64,000 nucleotides of DNA, taken from Selaginella moellendorffii (Eukaryota > Plantae > Lycopodiophyta). The notes under the pieces were generated by a model, which ran no database searches, was not told the DNA's origin, and was given only the letters and a program-made list of their open reading frames with translations. Each line of letters begins with the position of its first letter. Position 1 is the first letter of the stretch. Location: the NCBI RefSeq assembly GCF_000143415.4, contig NW_003314261.1:5730360-5794359 (forward strand), in the 5' to 3' direction. Positions 61,823-64,000 of this stretch are shown here, piece by piece. Position numbers and translations under genes: made by a program.

Positions 61823-64000
61823 GAAAATGAATGAGAAAGAAAGAGCAAAAGAAGAGAAATGACAAAAAGCTAGAAAGAAATGGTAGATCTAGACAATGCA
61901 AAAAGCTAGATCTAAACCAAAATCCTGAAAGGAAAGAACAAAAGAAAGGAAATGGAAAAAGCTAGATCTAGACAATGCAAAAGCTAGATCTAAACCGAAA
62001 TCCCAAATCCAAGCACTCCCCAGGGACAATCAAAGTTGCCCCTCACCTCCACCAATGTGAGTGCATGGAATATGGAAAGGGAATACAGAAATGTGCATAT
62101 CAATTAACCCAAAAACCCTAGCTTATATACAGGAGCGAGTGGTCCGGATTGAAACCAATCCGACGGCTACCAAAATCCACTACGCTAATATTAGTATACG
62201 GCATTGTAGCCGTACACTTGGCCCTCACAGTTTTAAATTGTTTTATGTTTTTTTTAAGATTTGGTGTATATTTATTATTTGTATATTTATTTTATTATTT
62301 TATTGTCAATTATGATCTAGGAGTTTAACAAAGTTTTTTCCTATAGCTTTTAAATTAGTTTTGTGATGTTTACATTTAGTTTCAGAATAAAACTTATTGC
62401 ACAGTTTTGATTTTTTCCATAAATTATTTATAAATAAATTTTAAAAATTCTAATCACTTTTTACCATTTTTTTCTAACCATTATACACCTTACCAAATCC
62501 CTATATTATTTATTAGCTCATTTCTCCTTTATTGCATTATTTGCTTATTTATTAATCCTATTTTGAGTTGAGTATATAATCTGGTAAACTTATTTTTTTA
62601 GTAAAATTAAATATAATTATTAGATTAATAAATATATAAAATTATTTTTATTTTCTTATAGTTCAGTATATATATAATTCCATCTGTGGTGGAAAATTGT
62701 GAAAAATAACTTCTATAAATATTGTTTAAATATTTTAAGAATTATGTTAAAACATCATGTAATTAGAGCACTAGATTTACCCTATTATAAGATGCCTTTT
62801 GTTATATACAAAAGGTTAAAACATTTTTAAAAAAAACGTTTTTTTTTTTTTGCAACGTTTCAGTACTTCTTTCAAATTTCTAAGTTAATAATGCTTTTAA
62901 TACATTTATGATTGGTTAGTTTGCACTTAGTGAATTATCATTCATTCATTCATTAGCTGTTTATGAGGTTTTATAATGTATGATACTGACAGATTATAAT
63001 CTTTTGAGCCATTCATTTGCTGAACTCCTTGAAGTCTTATACCACCAAGCCTTCTGTCCTCACCCTAGGCTTCGCTGATCTACCTGCCGTACATCATGGG
63101 TTCAAGCCTGAATGCAATCCTGAGGTGTACTCACCAGTTTATCAATTTGAATGTTAATGTTAATCAATTTCCACTGTTTCTGATGATGTTGTAAATGTAA
63201 ATTTTATCAAGTGTGTTAAATAAAATACATCAACAACATCATGCATGCCACGCTGCAGATTGCTACGTCATTAATCCATGGTGGCACAGAATGAATAGTG
63301 AAAGCTATGCCGTGATAGGTTGTGGGTATACTATACACCATGTGCTGTCCTTGAATGCATACATTTACACAAGCCAACGTGCCGAGGAAGTGATAGTTCA
63401 AATACACACAAGTCCTCCTGGCACAAGAAATAACAAACATGGCATCAAAAGATCTCTTGATCTTTGCGGATCGGTGTCTATTACTGGAAGCGCGTATCGA
63501 TTGATTCAATCCAATGGATCTAAACAAATGAGCATGTAGATTTTGGAGAGTTTCACGTGCCTTTGCGCAGTCGTACGATATAATCTCATATCCTCACGCG
63601 AGAGTCCCTCTCGATCAATCAAACTCCTCTCCTCTCTTAGCTTTCAAAACCAGAGAGTTTCTGCTATTCCAGTAGCGAGAAAGAGGCTTTGAATCGATAC
63701 ATGGTTTCGTCGTCTTTCATGGATATATATGAGCTTGAAGAGATTCCTTGATGATTCCATCAGCCAGCGCGCGTAGAATAAAACCGTATACAAAGTGGGA
63801 AGGAGTGCCCCTGTCGACTCCATTAAATTCCCACACAGCTTGGCATGAAAAGGAACGTCGTTATTTGCTTGGACCCGCTGGAAACTTTAATGCTTTCATC
63901 TCACAAACGGGGGCGCGCAGAAAGTCAGGGACATGAGAAGGAAAGAAAGAGGAAGAGATTGATTTTCTTCTTAAATCTCGTGCTTAAAACCTTTCAAAGC

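Larger units (their letters stand above)
49194..62229 (-). mobile_element. Ty3/gypsy LTR retrotransposon, copy B (5010 bp plus nested insertion)
   Basis: LTRs at 49194-49367 and 62056-62229, GTTT TSD, same PBS/PPT and ORFs as copy A; pol is split at the end of RNase H by the nested element. Confidence 0.96.

Noticed and set aside
62300-64000. Short ORFs at the window end (63213-63539, 63748-63936)
   Set aside because: No motifs or splice structure; probably intergenic or UTR sequence.

Overview
Gene-dense eukaryotic (land-plant) genomic DNA with very short introns (about 50-90 nt), tiny intergenic spacers and PLS-class PPR genes. This is most consistent with a lycophyte such as Selaginella (inference, not verified). 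The first ~33 kb hold about 17 mostly housekeeping genes: ARID-HMG, PRC1 RING1, PPRs, TXNDC9/PLP3, YJU2, a GH17 glucanase, COX5C, beta-tubulin, a SET protein, PPR-SMR, bL28m, EMC8/9, a DnaJ-like zinc finger and glycolate oxidase. Two identical tRNA-Pro(UGG) genes and several deletion-riddled pseudogene fragments lie among them. Two AT-rich, two-exon genes encode paralogous secreted 9-Cys proteins that resemble a single cyanovirin-N (CVNH) repeat with an insertion; one is largely and the other entirely missed by the ORF track. The distal half contains two recent copies of a compact 5-kb Ty3/gypsy element with 174-bp LTRs, 4-bp TSDs, a tRNA-Ala-like PBS, and a G GGA AAC slippery site plus H-type pseudoknot at the gag-pol overlap. 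The second copy is interrupted by an 8-kb non-coding LTR element whose 2-kb LTRs carry a satellite array. Between the two gypsy copies are a 1.37-kb near-perfect inverted duplication of an orphan gene, PRP22/DHX8 and a DAO-family oxidoreductase. All calls come from reading the sequence by eye; no searches were run, and exon boundaries are manual.
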